Shown: positions 28,435-38,368 of the stretch, one piece after another | Numbering within the stretch: the first letter of the stretch is position 1 | Layout of the letters: the number at the start of each line of letters is the position of its first letter | Virus record (IMG/VR): IMGVR_UViG_3300037851_000222 | Span: 30,994 to 94,993 of that record | Source of the DNA: a virus | DNA: 64,000 bases | Reading direction: 5' to 3' (one strand) | The notes under the pieces: model-generated | What the model was told of the DNA's origin: nothing | Database searches by the model: none | Seen by the model: the letters and a program-made list of their open reading frames with translations, nothing else | Program-made: the position numbers and the translations under genes

Positions 28435-28574
28435 CACCCTCCCCCACACCATACAACGAAAGCGCGAGCCAAGAGAGGTTGGTATAAACATGGTTGACCA
28501 GCCCCAGCGATATTGCTCCACCGGCAAGGACTACTGCCCGAACTGCGCCGTTGAGAAGCGCAAGGAGAACAACC

Positions 28575-29561
28575 ATGGGTGAGGAACGCTACATAGATGA
28601 CCCGATGGACTGCGCGTTCATCGAAATGAAGCCGCCGAAGGGCTGGCAGGAGGGCAAGAGCGACCGGGAGGCGAACCGGCACCGCGCCCTGGTGCGCGAG
28701 GCCGGCATCAGGCTCCCCTATGCCAAGAAGGTCGACCACGCCTTGAAAGTCCTCCGCAGCGCATCGCAGCGGGATGGGGTCGTGTGGGCGGTCTCGTATA
28801 GCGGCGGCAAAGACTCGACTGTCGCGTCGTTCCTGGCAGAGAAGGTGATGGGCCGCCTCCCCCACGTCTACGCCGACACCCGGCTGGAGTACGCCGCCAC
28901 CCGGCGGACCATCGCCTCCCGGAAGGGGTGCAGCGGCTGCGACCTGCATATCGCCAGGTCGTCCGTGCCGCCGATCAGCGTCTGGCGTGAGGGGTTGCCG
29001 TTATTTTCCAAAGAAATCGCATCTAAAATCCGGCAGTTTCAGAACACCGGCAACGAGGCGCACCTCAAGAAGGTGCCCGAGAAGTTCCACGCCGGCATCC
29101 GCGAGTTGACCCAGCGCGGCATCCGGGTGAGCGAGAAGTGCTGCGATGTCCTGAAGAAAACCCCCATGCGGGCGATGGACAAGCGGCTCGGTATCACCGG
29201 TCATATCACCGGCGTCAGGGCTGTCGAGAGCCGGGCGCGGAAGCTCGGCTGGCTGGAGCGCGGCGCGCTCTATTACTCGGCGCGGAACAAGATGTGGCTC
29301 TGCCACCCGCTGATCTACTGGACGGCGGCCGACATCGCCCGGTGCATCCGCGAGAACCACTTGGTGATCGAAACCCCGCCACTGCGCGGGTCTGGCTGCG
29401 TGTGCTGCGCCTTCGGCGCGCATATCGCATCCTCACAGGGTAAAGAGAACGCCATCCAACACCTCTACCGGACCAACCGCAAGATGTGGACGGCCTTCGT
29501 GGAAAACACCCGGCTGGCCGAGGCGATGGACGTTCTGGAGATCCCCTGCCGTGAGTCCTGA
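28575..29561 (+). CDS. PAPS reductase family (PP-loop) protein
   Basis: SYSGGKDS, ADTRLEY, CC..LKK, GVRAVESRAR, HPL..W, GCVCCAFG. Confidence 0.88.
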   Translation: MGEERYIDDPMDCAFIEMKPPKGWQEGKSDREANRHRALVREAGIRLPYAKKVDHALKVLRSASQRDGVVWAVSYSGGKDSTVASFLAEKVMGRLPHVYADTRLEYAATRRTIASRKGCSGCDLHIARSSVPPISVWREGLPLFSKEIASKIRQFQNTGNEAHLKKVPEKFHAGIRELTQRGIRVSEKCCDVLKKTPMRAMDKRLGITGHITGVRAVESRARKLGWLERGALYYSARNKMWLCHPLIYWTAADIARCIRENHLVIETPPLRGSGCVCCAFGAHIASSQGKENAIQHLYRTNRKMWTAFVENTRLAEAMDVLEIPCRES

Positions 29562-29775
29562 CAGCCAAATCCTGTTCATGGCGCTTGGGGTCTGGCAGGA
29601 CCGGATCCAAGAAAACAACCTCACGCCATCACAGATGCAGATGGTCCTTCGGCTGGAAGAGTTGAAGAGCGCCATCGTCCAACGCTACCCACAGATGGAC
29701 TTCGGCTGTCGGCAGCCGGTCCCCAACCTCGACAACCTCACCAGACTCGGCCCAGGCGCCGAGCCACCTTTCTAG
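29551..29775 (+). CDS. Hypothetical protein
   Basis: Overlapping, operon-consistent. Confidence 0.45.
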   Translation: MSPDSQILFMALGVWQDRIQENNLTPSQMQMVLRLEELKSAIVQRYPQMDFGCRQPVPNLDNLTRLGPGAEPPF

Positions 29776-29784
29776 GAGACGACC

Positions 29785-30858
29785 ATGCCAGCCCTGACCA
29801 ACCCCAAGCCGCCCCCAGAAGGTTTGGAAACGCTCGTCAAGCTGGTCCCGCCTCACCACTACGCGGTTGTGATGGGCGGCCCGCTGTTGTCTCTGTATTT
29901 CCGCGACAATGACCATTACTTCGGCAACCGTGGCCCGGGTACGGCGACCTGCCGTATGTACCAACTTACCAAACAAGTATCAACACAGAACATCGGGCGC
30001 GATGGTTGGTGTATGAACAACAACTTGAGTATTATTCAACAAGTACATGATGAACAAGCAACCCATTACAGCGACATGGAACTGGGACAGTTGGAACACG
30101 GCCTACTGGCCGACATCCTCAAGGACAAGACCAGAACCAAGAAGTACCACGAGAAGGTCGAACTTGAGCAGGTTGTGGACGGCAAGCTGCATCAAGACAT
30201 GCCGGACCTCCACGCAGAACCACAAGGAGTTCCCATGCTACCGTCGAAGACGAGGGGTGAAGTCATGGCTAACGCCCTTCAACTCACCTTCAACGGCTCC
30301 AATATCCTGTATGGCGGCACCGTCCTGGGCATCTTATCTAAAACCGAGGACGGTTATTTCAACTTCTGGCCCGACAAGGACCGCGACGGCTACTGGCCCG
30401 CCCATCTGCTAATCAGTATTGGCGAGAAGCTGAACGACCTGAACAAGGAGTGGGACGCGCAGGTGAAGCGCGACTTGGCGGCGCTGGAGGCGTTGGACAA
30501 GAGCCGGCGGCCCGCCCTCGACCCCCCAAGCGAGGACAGCCCCGCCACGCGGGCCGGGCTGCTCAAGCTGCACGAGCGCCTGTGCAGCGCGGCTCATGAC
30601 CTGCTGAAGTCAAAGAACCAAGACTACGCCGGAGGCGGCGACCCCTACGCCAATTTCCGAGGCTCGGCCACCTTCGGCATCCACCCGATCATCGGCATCC
30701 TGTTGAGGATGCAGGACAAGGCAAAAAGAGTGGAGTCCTTCGCCCTCAAGGGCGAGCTTCAGGTCAAGAGCGAATCCGTGACCGACAGCTTGGTCGACCT
30801 GATCAACTACTCGGTGCTGATCGCCGGAATGATCGAAGCGGACAGGAAACAAGTCTAA
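29785..30858 (+). CDS. Composite ORF ending in a DUF1599/nucleotide-modification-associated helical domain
   Basis: KNQDY..DPYANF...DK..R...DSLVDLINY; internal RBS and ATG at 30265. Confidence 0.7.
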   Translation: MPALTNPKPPPEGLETLVKLVPPHHYAVVMGGPLLSLYFRDNDHYFGNRGPGTATCRMYQLTKQVSTQNIGRDGWCMNNNLSIIQQVHDEQATHYSDMELGQLEHGLLADILKDKTRTKKYHEKVELEQVVDGKLHQDMPDLHAEPQGVPMLPSKTRGEVMANALQLTFNGSNILYGGTVLGILSKTEDGYFNFWPDKDRDGYWPAHLLISIGEKLNDLNKEWDAQVKRDLAALEALDKSRRPALDPPSEDSPATRAGLLKLHERLCSAAHDLLKSKNQDYAGGGDPYANFRGSATFGIHPIIGILLRMQDKAKRVESFALKGELQVKSESVTDSLVDLINYSVLIAGMIEADRKQV

Positions 30859-31225
30859 TGGAAAAACTCATGGGTGTTATGGCAGCAGTAGGGTGTATAA
30901 TTTTATGCACAACAATCATCGTCAAAACGATTCACACCCTTTTCTTCTATAAACATGACTGGAGAAAGTGATGTTCACCATCCATATACGGTCCTATGAA
31001 TGGCGCGCTGGGCAAGAACCTCCAGCTTGGGCGTTTCTGCACTACGACAAGTCCATCACAAATAGGCATAAGGCAGATTTGGTACCGCACCCGGCTGACG
31101 AGTCCGCGCCATCACAACCTTGACCACGCACGCACCGAGATGTTTGAGACCCTGCGCGACGTGATCCTCCCGACACCGGACCTCCACGAGTGGGGCAAGG
31201 CCGTCTGGAAAGCATTGGAGGGCGT

Positions 31226-31552
31226 ATGACCCGCATTGAAGCCCTCCGCTACGTCCTCACCCTGATCCCGGCCAAACACCCGGCGAAGAAGGTTATTGAT
31301 AACATTCTCGCAGGCCACGAAGGCCGCCCGGTCGTTCGGACGCTACTCAAGGATCGCATCTATGACGCCATCAAACGTCGTGAGGGAATGACCAAGGCGG
31401 AACTGGCCCGCGAAGTGGAGACCGACTACACTTCCTTGCAGCGCAACATGGAGGATTTGGTTCGGCAAGGCTTGGTCTCCATAAAGATGGGCTACTCGCG
31501 CAAGCGCCCTCGGCTCATGGTCCAAACTGTCTACACTAAAGGTTCCAAATGA
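31226..31552 (+). CDS. Winged-HTH protein
   Basis: GMTKAELAREVETDYTSLQRNMEDLVRQGLV. Confidence 0.7.
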   Translation: MTRIEALRYVLTLIPAKHPAKKVIDNILAGHEGRPVVRTLLKDRIYDAIKRREGMTKAELAREVETDYTSLQRNMEDLVRQGLVSIKMGYSRKRPRLMVQTVYTKGSK

Positions 31553-31743
31553 CCGTCCTGCTGGCCACCCGCGACGGCAAGCCCGTCGCCTTCTGCAACG
31601 TCTGCGACAAGTCGATCCCGCTGCCCCTGCCGTGCGGGATCAGCGACTTGGTGGACCTGCTGCGGGTGTTCATCAACAACCACAAGGCCTGCCGGCCTCC
31701 GACTTGGCAGGACGTTGTTGAGGCTACAAAGAACCCCCGGTAG
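31549..31743 (+). CDS. Small Zn-binding protein
   Basis: CNVC...HKAC. Confidence 0.5.
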   Translation: MTVLLATRDGKPVAFCNVCDKSIPLPLPCGISDLVDLLRVFINNHKACRPPTWQDVVEATKNPR

Positions 31744-31832
31744 TTCCGGGGGTTCCGTGGGCCGCAGGAACGCGGCTGCCGGTCTTGAGGAAGACCCCGG
31801 CAATGTACCATCCGAAGCAAGAAAGCAAGCCA

Positions 31833-32138
31833 ATGTTCGATGATCGCATCCCCGAGTGCCGCCCGTTCTTCGTCGCCTGCCGGAAGCTCAAGCAGGAGTT
31901 CATGGACGACATCGACGCCCTGCGGCGCTCCATCGCCCACCCCCGGCCAGGCTGCTCCATCAAGCTGCTCATGCAGTCGCATAAAGAGGCAACCCAGGAC
32001 TACACCAGCATCATTGAAACCCTCAATGGCAACTTCGACAAGATGAACGACCGAGTCCTCACGGGGCTGCGGAAGTTCACCGACCAGTTGCCGAAAGAGA
32101 CGCTGGAATGGTGCCGGAAGAACGGGATAATGCTCTGA
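31833..32138 (+). CDS. Hypothetical protein
   Basis: Coupled to the methyltransferase start (TGATG). Confidence 0.5.
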   Translation: MFDDRIPECRPFFVACRKLKQEFMDDIDALRRSIAHPRPGCSIKLLMQSHKEATQDYTSIIETLNGNFDKMNDRVLTGLRKFTDQLPKETLEWCRKNGIML

Positions 32139-33217
32139 TGCTCACCGAAACCTCTCTCTTCACAGGCATGGGCGGCGGTCTGCTCGGCAGCATGCTGCTG
32201 CGTGGCATCGCGCCCGTCCAACTGTGCGAAATCAACCAGGATTGCCGGAAGATCCTGCGTCTGCGCTTCCCCGAGGCGCGCATCCACAGCGACATCCGCA
32301 CCTTCCACCCGGCGCCCACCGACATCATCACGGGCGGGTTCCCCTGCCAGGACATCAGCGCCGCCGGCAGGAAGAAGGGCATCACCGGGCCGAAATCGAG
32401 CCTGTTCCACCAGATGATCCGGGTCTGTGACGAGGCACAACCGGGCATCATCTTTGCCGAGAACAGCGACCGCCTGCGCACCAACGGGCTGGCCGTGGTC
32501 CTCCGCGAACTGACCGGCATCGGCTACGGGCGCATCGCATGGGCCACCCTGGCCGCCGGCCACGTCGGCGCGCCGCACCTGCGAAAGCGGATGTGGGTCA
32601 TGGCCATGCGGGGCAAGCGACAGGTGACGGTGCTGGACTCCAACCTACCCAAGCACGGCCTGATCTCCGGCGGGCGGTTCCGCACCCTGGACGTGCCCGA
32701 GGTCGGGCGGACCTGCATGCCGACGCTGATCGGCTCGGACGCCACGAACAGCGGCAACCGGCCCAACCCCACCCTCTGGTCGCTCTGCGACATGCTGGGC
32801 ATCACCGCAAAGGCTTGGCGCCTCACCGGCCGTACCCCGCCGACGCTGGTGGCCACCGACTGGAAGTACCCCTACAACACCACCGGGCTGCTGAAGCAGT
32901 TGCAGAAGCGGTCCAAGCCGCTGCGCGACATCCTGCCCTACATCGAAGGCGGCAAGGGGCGCTACATCCGGCCGGAATGGGCCGAATGGTACATGGGCTG
33001 GCCCATCGGCTGGACCGACCCGACGCTGGTCGCTGTGCCGGGCTTGGCCAAGTGGCAACGCGCCGTCGAGCGGGGCGAGTGGTTCATCGACGACATGGAG
33101 CCGGCTCCCAGGACCACGGCGAAGCCACAGCCGGCACGCATCATGGCCCTAGGCAACGGGCAGGTGCCGGCCCAGATGGCGGCGGCCTTCCGCCTGCTGT
33201 GTGGGGCCTTGACATAA
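32138..33217 (+). CDS. DNA (cytosine-5)-methyltransferase
   Basis: LFTGMGG, GFPCQD, ENS, PHLRKRMW, GNGQVP. Confidence 0.92.
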   Translation: MLTETSLFTGMGGGLLGSMLLRGIAPVQLCEINQDCRKILRLRFPEARIHSDIRTFHPAPTDIITGGFPCQDISAAGRKKGITGPKSSLFHQMIRVCDEAQPGIIFAENSDRLRTNGLAVVLRELTGIGYGRIAWATLAAGHVGAPHLRKRMWVMAMRGKRQVTVLDSNLPKHGLISGGRFRTLDVPEVGRTCMPTLIGSDATNSGNRPNPTLWSLCDMLGITAKAWRLTGRTPPTLVATDWKYPYNTTGLLKQLQKRSKPLRDILPYIEGGKGRYIRPEWAEWYMGWPIGWTDPTLVAVPGLAKWQRAVERGEWFIDDMEPAPRTTAKPQPARIMALGNGQVPAQMAAAFRLLCGALT

Positions 33218-33260
33218 ACCCACCGACTCCATTAGTATCCTGGCAAGGAGGCTCCATGCC

Positions 33261-33515
33261 ATGTCTACGTCATTGAACTGGACGCGAACGCCTACTGGAG
33301 GGCTGCGCGGAGGGAGAGGGGCAATAGCCCTTTTCAACGTCGTCCCGAGTGGGCATCAGCCGAGAGATTGTTATGGTGAGCAGATACGACAATACTCAAT
33401 AAAATGCGATGTCCCTGGTATTGAAATCGGCAACATGATCGTGCGAGACCCGAACCAAGCCAAAGAGATTTGTCAGACAGCCTTCGATCAGTGGATGACG
33501 GTGATTGCCAAATGA
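33261..33515 (+). CDS. Hypothetical protein
   Basis: AAGGAGG RBS; TTGACA..TAGTAT upstream (33209-33238). Confidence 0.5.
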   Translation: MSTSLNWTRTPTGGLRGGRGAIALFNVVPSGHQPRDCYGEQIRQYSIKCDVPGIEIGNMIVRDPNQAKEICQTAFDQWMTVIAK

Positions 33516-33651
33516 TGCCCAACGACATGCCCCTGCGGCAGAAGCGTGGACACCTAGAACGTCGGTTGTCCTTCTTGCTGCAACTCAACAACCCCAAGCA
33601 CAAGAACGAAATCGAGCAGATCCGCAAGGTGATCAAGGAAATTGATATAAA

Positions 33652-33918
33652 ATGCTCTGGAAAATAACCTTTTGGTCAACATTCGCTGGCGCCGGCTTGG
33701 CTGCCTTCGCCATGTGGTGGTCGCTGGCCTGCACCCTGCTCTACGGCGGCGAGTTCTGGCCTACGCTGTGCGTTTGGAGCCTCTTGGGGTGTATCGGCCT
33801 CTTTCTCGCTGCCTCCCACACCGTCAACAAGGCAGGGTTTCCCTATGCGGAAGACGATCAGCAAGATTCGCCAACACACCAACAACCTCAAGACGAAGGG
33901 CAAGGGTACCCCGCTTGA
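33652..33918 (+). CDS. Two-TM membrane protein
   Basis: Hydrophobic segments. Confidence 0.5.
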   Translation: MLWKITFWSTFAGAGLAAFAMWWSLACTLLYGGEFWPTLCVWSLLGCIGLFLAASHTVNKAGFPYAEDDQQDSPTHQQPQDEGQGYPA

Positions 33919-34052
33919 GGCCCTGGCGTCGTCCATCCTCGGCCGGGTCCAACTGGCCGAGGATTGGCTGGCCTACCAAGAGGCGCAAAACCGGGCAATA
34001 AGTTGTCCTCGCAAGGCGAAGTAGGCCGATACAATCGTTGGTCGGAGTTGAT

Positions 34053-34532
34053 ATGAACAAGCCCACTCTGCTGCAACCCATGGCGATGGATCTTTACGAT
34101 ACCGTGGAGATCGAACCCGGCTCACCCCCCGGCAATGTGGATTTCTTCCCAAGCGGCGGCAAAGACCGCCTCAAGACCAACGTCGAAACCAATGGGATGC
34201 TGTTTTATCCCAAAGAGTTCTATATCGACAGCATCAAGGTCCAGTTCGAGAGTCGACCCGAGTCCCATTTCCTATTGGGGGCCGTCATCAGGCTGATGGT
34301 TGCGGAGAGTTGCTGGTTCTGCGCGCCGCTTCTGACCATGGACCGTATCGCAGCCCCTCCAGGTCCGGTGATGCCGTTTGACCTGGGTTGGGTGAAACGC
34401 CTCGACCCGGCAGTCCATATCGCATCACAGCAGTCGTTCGTTGTCTCAATCGACAACAACCACCCGCTCGACACCAGCCTTGTCGTCGCCCGTGTGTCGC
34501 TGTGCGGGCGCCTCATGCGCGAGGTGCAGTGA
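34053..34532 (+). CDS. Paralogue of the putative major capsid protein
   Basis: LYD..FF..TN..G.L..PK.F...I and L.G.L.RE(V/I)Q shared with 51422..51973. Confidence 0.7.
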   Translation: MNKPTLLQPMAMDLYDTVEIEPGSPPGNVDFFPSGGKDRLKTNVETNGMLFYPKEFYIDSIKVQFESRPESHFLLGAVIRLMVAESCWFCAPLLTMDRIAAPPGPVMPFDLGWVKRLDPAVHIASQQSFVVSIDNNHPLDTSLVVARVSLCGRLMREVQ

Positions 34533-34593
34533 TGGTAAAGCGCAAGAACATTGAGCCGTTTGTTTGGCGAGTTAAACCAGAAGAGAAAAAGCA

Positions 34594-34857
34594 ATGGTAA
34601 AGCGCAAGACCAGTGAAGTCGCCGTCGTCAAGGAGACCACCGGCGACCTGATCCCCCGCGAGGAGATCCAGGGCATGATCGTCAGCGCCGTGGCGCAAGC
34701 GATGATGCCCGTCCTCAAGGAACTCAAGGAGATCAAGGAAGGCCTACGGCACCCGCAGGCTGCGGTGTCGGAATCGCAGTGGGACGAGCACGATGCCAAC
34801 TTCCGGCAGATGAACCCCAGCTACAATGCGAAGGTGAGGGCGGCCCGTGGAGGTTGA
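34594..34857 (+). CDS. Hypothetical protein
   Basis: Coding-like composition. Confidence 0.5.
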   Translation: MVKRKTSEVAVVKETTGDLIPREEIQGMIVSAVAQAMMPVLKELKEIKEGLRHPQAAVSESQWDEHDANFRQMNPSYNAKVRAARGG

Positions 34858-35119
34858 AACGCCGGCCTGCCTCAAGGCCCTGATGGCGGCGCTGGATGAA
34901 GAGGGGTTGGACAAGGCCGACTACAACCTGCGGCTGGTCGGCCACACCCTCCAGATCCGGCCTCGCATCGCCGGGCACCAAACCGTCATCAAGCGGGTGT
35001 TCGATCGCTTGTGCGAGGTCGGCACCTACCCATCGCGGGAGGTCAACGCCACCATGATGGTCCTGAGCGATGATCATGCCTTCCGCATGCCGCACATCCC
35101 TGGGAGCAAACTGCCATGA
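34847..35119 (+). CDS. Hypothetical protein
   Basis: Translationally coupled. Confidence 0.5.
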   Translation: MEVETPACLKALMAALDEEGLDKADYNLRLVGHTLQIRPRIAGHQTVIKRVFDRLCEVGTYPSREVNATMMVLSDDHAFRMPHIPGSKLP

Positions 35120-35673
35120 TCCACATTACCGACGCCTACCTCGGCCAGACGCCCCAGGGGCACGTTCACGAGACGATCTGCAAGATGCGCTTCGGCTGCG
35201 CCCAGCGGCTCGCCAAGGGCGGCAAGATCAACCTGGGCGCCCGCGACGGCGACGTGTGCGCCGAGTGCGCCCAGCACCTCATGGGCGTCGGCGGGTCATC
35301 GTTCCTCGACCCCGGCGCGCCGGCCGACCCCAGCCTGGGCGGCCTGATCCAAGAAACCCTGCACGCCGATCAGGACGGGCGCCGGGCGGTCACGAGGGTC
35401 AGCGGGGCGCCGATCCTGGCCACCGTCGAGGCGCACACGGGCGGGGCGCTGGGCGAGTACGGCTTCACCCACGCCTCCGAGGGCGAAGACCCCAACGCCG
35501 GGGTGAGCGACCCTTACGGCGAGGGCGATGTGGCGGCCAAGAAGGGCGCCGACGCCGCTGGGGCGGGGGCGCTGTGCAACGCCAACCCCTACACCGGCAA
35601 GAACGCCTACCTGGCCAGCTGCTGGGCCGAGGGCTGGCGTAAGGGCCGCAGGCTGCGCGGTCTGCCGGTATAA
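35116..35673 (+). CDS. Hypothetical protein with RMF-like C-terminus
   Basis: GADAAGAG..CNANPY......CWAEGW. Confidence 0.55.
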   Translation: MIHITDAYLGQTPQGHVHETICKMRFGCAQRLAKGGKINLGARDGDVCAECAQHLMGVGGSSFLDPGAPADPSLGGLIQETLHADQDGRRAVTRVSGAPILATVEAHTGGALGEYGFTHASEGEDPNAGVSDPYGEGDVAAKKGADAAGAGALCNANPYTGKNAYLASCWAEGWRKGRRLRGLPV

Positions 35674-35710
35674 ACGTAGCCGTTGCCCGAGGTTGACGCC
35701 GCGATAGCAT
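35668..35710 (+). promoter_or_regulatory. Promoter with upstream GTATAAAC box
   Basis: GTATAAAC (35668-35675), 7 bp, TTGCCC, 16 bp, TAGCAT. Confidence 0.7.
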
Positions 35711-35722
35711 GGGGGACAGCCC

Positions 35723-36679
35723 ATGTTCCCGGTCAACACGTCACTCGTGAACCGCTCGCGCTTCCTCCCCGGCCTCGGGGTGGACATGAACGATTGCAGC
35801 ACTGCGGACGCAGGACCGTGCCGAGGCAAGACGGGCGCTGAGTGTGGCCAGTGCATGACCACGTTGATCGCAGCGGCACAGAGTGCAGACCGGTCGCAGA
35901 CCTACACCGGCATGTCGGCCGAAGAGCGCGCCCAAGCGATGCAAAAATCCATCATGAAGTCGGCCATCACCGGGGCAGGGACGCAGGTTGGCATCCAAGT
36001 GGTCCTCAGCGTCATCCCAGTAGTCGGACAGGCCCTGGCCGCGGTGGCGGGTGCCATCAGCTTCTTCGGCGGCCAGCGATACGAGAAGAAGACCAAGGAC
36101 ATGGTCGAAGAGAAGAAGCGCGACTTGGAGGCATACGTCGCCGGCAAGCAACAGACACTGAACGCGGCCGTTGATGGCGCCTACAAGGCGGCGTGGTCAC
36201 AGGCCCTGACCCTGGCCAAGAGCCCCTACCCCATCGTCTTCGACCAGCACACGGAGCAGCAAGTCTTCATGCGCCGACCAATGAACGGATTAGGCATCAT
36301 CGACAAGCTGACTGGGCGCGACACCTTCACCAAGGCCAGGTCGCAGATGGACGCCTTAGTGCGGGAACAGAAGCAGAAGCTGGACATCGAACTGGACCCC
36401 ATCATCACCAGGGCCAACAGCACTGACTTCCGCAACGTCCTAGCCAAATCCATCGCCGTCAATCTGCGGCAACTGCCGGAGTACAAGGGCTTCGCCAAAT
36501 ACTTCGACCGCACCGGACCACAAAGCTACACCGCCAACGTCGCAGACCCGACCAGCCCCGCCTACACCCCCGGCGCCATCGTGGACCCCAGTAAGATTTC
36601 CGTCGACACGTCGCTGTGGAAGAAACTCACCATCGGTGGCGCCGCGATCACCGGTGGTATTTTCCTGATGAGGATGTGA
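35723..36679 (+). CDS. Tail-anchored membrane protein with PGLG/NGLG motifs
   Basis: Internal hydrophobic hairpin (VIPVVGQALAAV) and C-terminal TM. Confidence 0.7.
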   Translation: MFPVNTSLVNRSRFLPGLGVDMNDCSTADAGPCRGKTGAECGQCMTTLIAAAQSADRSQTYTGMSAEERAQAMQKSIMKSAITGAGTQVGIQVVLSVIPVVGQALAAVAGAISFFGGQRYEKKTKDMVEEKKRDLEAYVAGKQQTLNAAVDGAYKAAWSQALTLAKSPYPIVFDQHTEQQVFMRRPMNGLGIIDKLTGRDTFTKARSQMDALVREQKQKLDIELDPIITRANSTDFRNVLAKSIAVNLRQLPEYKGFAKYFDRTGPQSYTANVADPTSPAYTPGAIVDPSKISVDTSLWKKLTIGGAAITGGIFLMRM

Positions 36680-36680
36680 C

Positions 36681-37424
36681 ATGACCCCTTTCCCCGTCCG
36701 CACCCGTGTCGTCCGCACCAACGCCCTGCAAGGGCTGGGTGCTTTTGAGTCTCCCCAGATACGGAACTTCAAGCAGAGCCACCCGCCCCTGGTGCCGTTC
36801 ACCACCGACAGCGTGGGTGACGCCATCCGCCGGAGCGATGCGGCGGCCAACGACCTCTTCAACCAGATCGCCAGCGTGACCAACGAGCACAACGTCAAGC
36901 TGGCCGCCGGGCCGCAGGGGCGCATGGTCAACGTGGGCGGTGCCGGGAAAATGGGGATGGACAGCAAAATGGAGTGGCAGGGCGAGTCCTTCGCCTCATG
37001 GTCCTCGGCCGTCAACGCCCTCGCCAGCCAACGCCAGTCTCTGATCGGTCGCTTCAACAACGCCCTCAACGTCGCCAAGGGGCTGCTGACGCAGCCCGAG
37101 ACCTACCAAGGCTACATCATCAAACCTGAATCGGTCGGCGGTCAGGTCCGCTACGATGTCTACAACGCAGACAACTCGCTCTTCTACAAGGGCGCCGAGT
37201 CCCGTGAGGCTGCCAGGTCGGCGGTCGACACCTTCCTCGCCAAGCAGGCCGAGGAGCAGCGCGAGAGCGAGCGCGCCAGCGGCGAAGCCGCCGCTCGCGC
37301 TGACGCTGCGGCGGCCGTGACCGACGCCCAGACCGCCAGCGGGACGGCCGCGCCGGCCAGCACCGCCACCAAGGCCGTGCTCATCGGCGGGGCCGCCCTG
37401 GCGGCGTTCGCCCTGTTCAAGTAA
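36681..37424 (+). CDS. Tail-anchored membrane protein (QGLG; ETYQGY module)
   Basis: C-terminal LIGGAALAAFALFK. Confidence 0.7.
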   Translation: MTPFPVRTRVVRTNALQGLGAFESPQIRNFKQSHPPLVPFTTDSVGDAIRRSDAAANDLFNQIASVTNEHNVKLAAGPQGRMVNVGGAGKMGMDSKMEWQGESFASWSSAVNALASQRQSLIGRFNNALNVAKGLLTQPETYQGYIIKPESVGGQVRYDVYNADNSLFYKGAESREAARSAVDTFLAKQAEEQRESERASGEAAARADAAAAVTDAQTASGTAAPASTATKAVLIGGAALAAFALFK

Positions 37425-37434
37425 GGAACTGACC

Positions 37435-38358
37435 ATGCCCACCACCTCCACCGTCCTCCGCACCATCCCCGCCCCGTGGATCTTCCAGGGCCTGGGAGGC
37501 ACCCCTGACGAGGACCGCGCCGCTGTTCACGCCCGCCTGAACGCGGCGCTTGCGTCCGAGTCCCAGGCCTGGAACGCCCTGCGCCGTTCGTTCCCTGCGC
37601 AGGTCGCGTCGTTCGGCGCGACGATGAAGAGCACCACTGCCAAGAAGAACGACGCCCTCGCCGCCGTACAGTTGATGGGCAAGGCCCCCACACTGGTCAA
37701 CATCAACGCCGCCGGTGCCGCCGTGACGTTCTACGAGCGTGAGGTGGCGTCCCTGGCGCAGCGGGTCAACGCGATGGTGGCCGAGAAGGAGGCCAAGGAA
37801 AAAGCCGGGCAAGCTGCCAAGGACCAAGCTGCTGCTCTCAAAAACGAATGTCTCGAATTAAGCAATACCCTCACAAAAAAAATACCAGATATGAATGCTT
37901 ATTTAACTACCTTAAAAAAGTATGTTAGTGAAGACGATATGACTAAATCAATGGACAGTGCAACCCAAGACATCGCCCTTCTAACCAGACTGCGCGACGG
38001 GTTAAAACACGCTTTAGAAGATGTCGACAAAGAAGCAGTACCGCCCAACAACGGCGCCACCAATGGCAGTGCCGGCAACACAGAGAAAGAATTGGAGACT
38101 TACCAGGGCTACCATATCTGGCAGGCCGCGCTGACGAGCAAACAAGAGCCGGCCATCTTCATCAAAGACTTGGCCAACGACATGACCGTTCAGGTCATGC
38201 CACCTGGCTCGGGCGTCGTGCAGGCCAAGGAATGGATCGACGCGAGGGTCAAGTCATCTGGCGGTACCACGACCCCCGCCGAACCCACCAAGTCGAACGC
38301 CATGCCCCTGCTGCTCATCGGCGGCGGACTGCTGGCTGCGTTCGCGTTGAAGAAGTGA
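37435..38358 (+). CDS. Tail-anchored membrane protein (QGLG; ETYQGY module)
   Basis: C-terminal LIGGGLLAAFALKK. Confidence 0.7.
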   Translation: MPTTSTVLRTIPAPWIFQGLGGTPDEDRAAVHARLNAALASESQAWNALRRSFPAQVASFGATMKSTTAKKNDALAAVQLMGKAPTLVNINAAGAAVTFYEREVASLAQRVNAMVAEKEAKEKAGQAAKDQAAALKNECLELSNTLTKKIPDMNAYLTTLKKYVSEDDMTKSMDSATQDIALLTRLRDGLKHALEDVDKEAVPPNNGATNGSAGNTEKELETYQGYHIWQAALTSKQEPAIFIKDLANDMTVQVMPPGSGVVQAKEWIDARVKSSGGTTTPAEPTKSNAMPLLLIGGGLLAAFALKK

Positions 38359-38368
38359 GAGGTTGACC

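Noticed and set aside
30948-30955. CTATAAAC and other near-matches (about 9222, 52452) to the operator
   Set aside because: Mismatched and not in promoter geometry.
31731-31756. Hairpin GAACCCCCGG/CCGGGGGTTC as a terminator
   Set aside because: No U-tract on the coding strand; function unclear.
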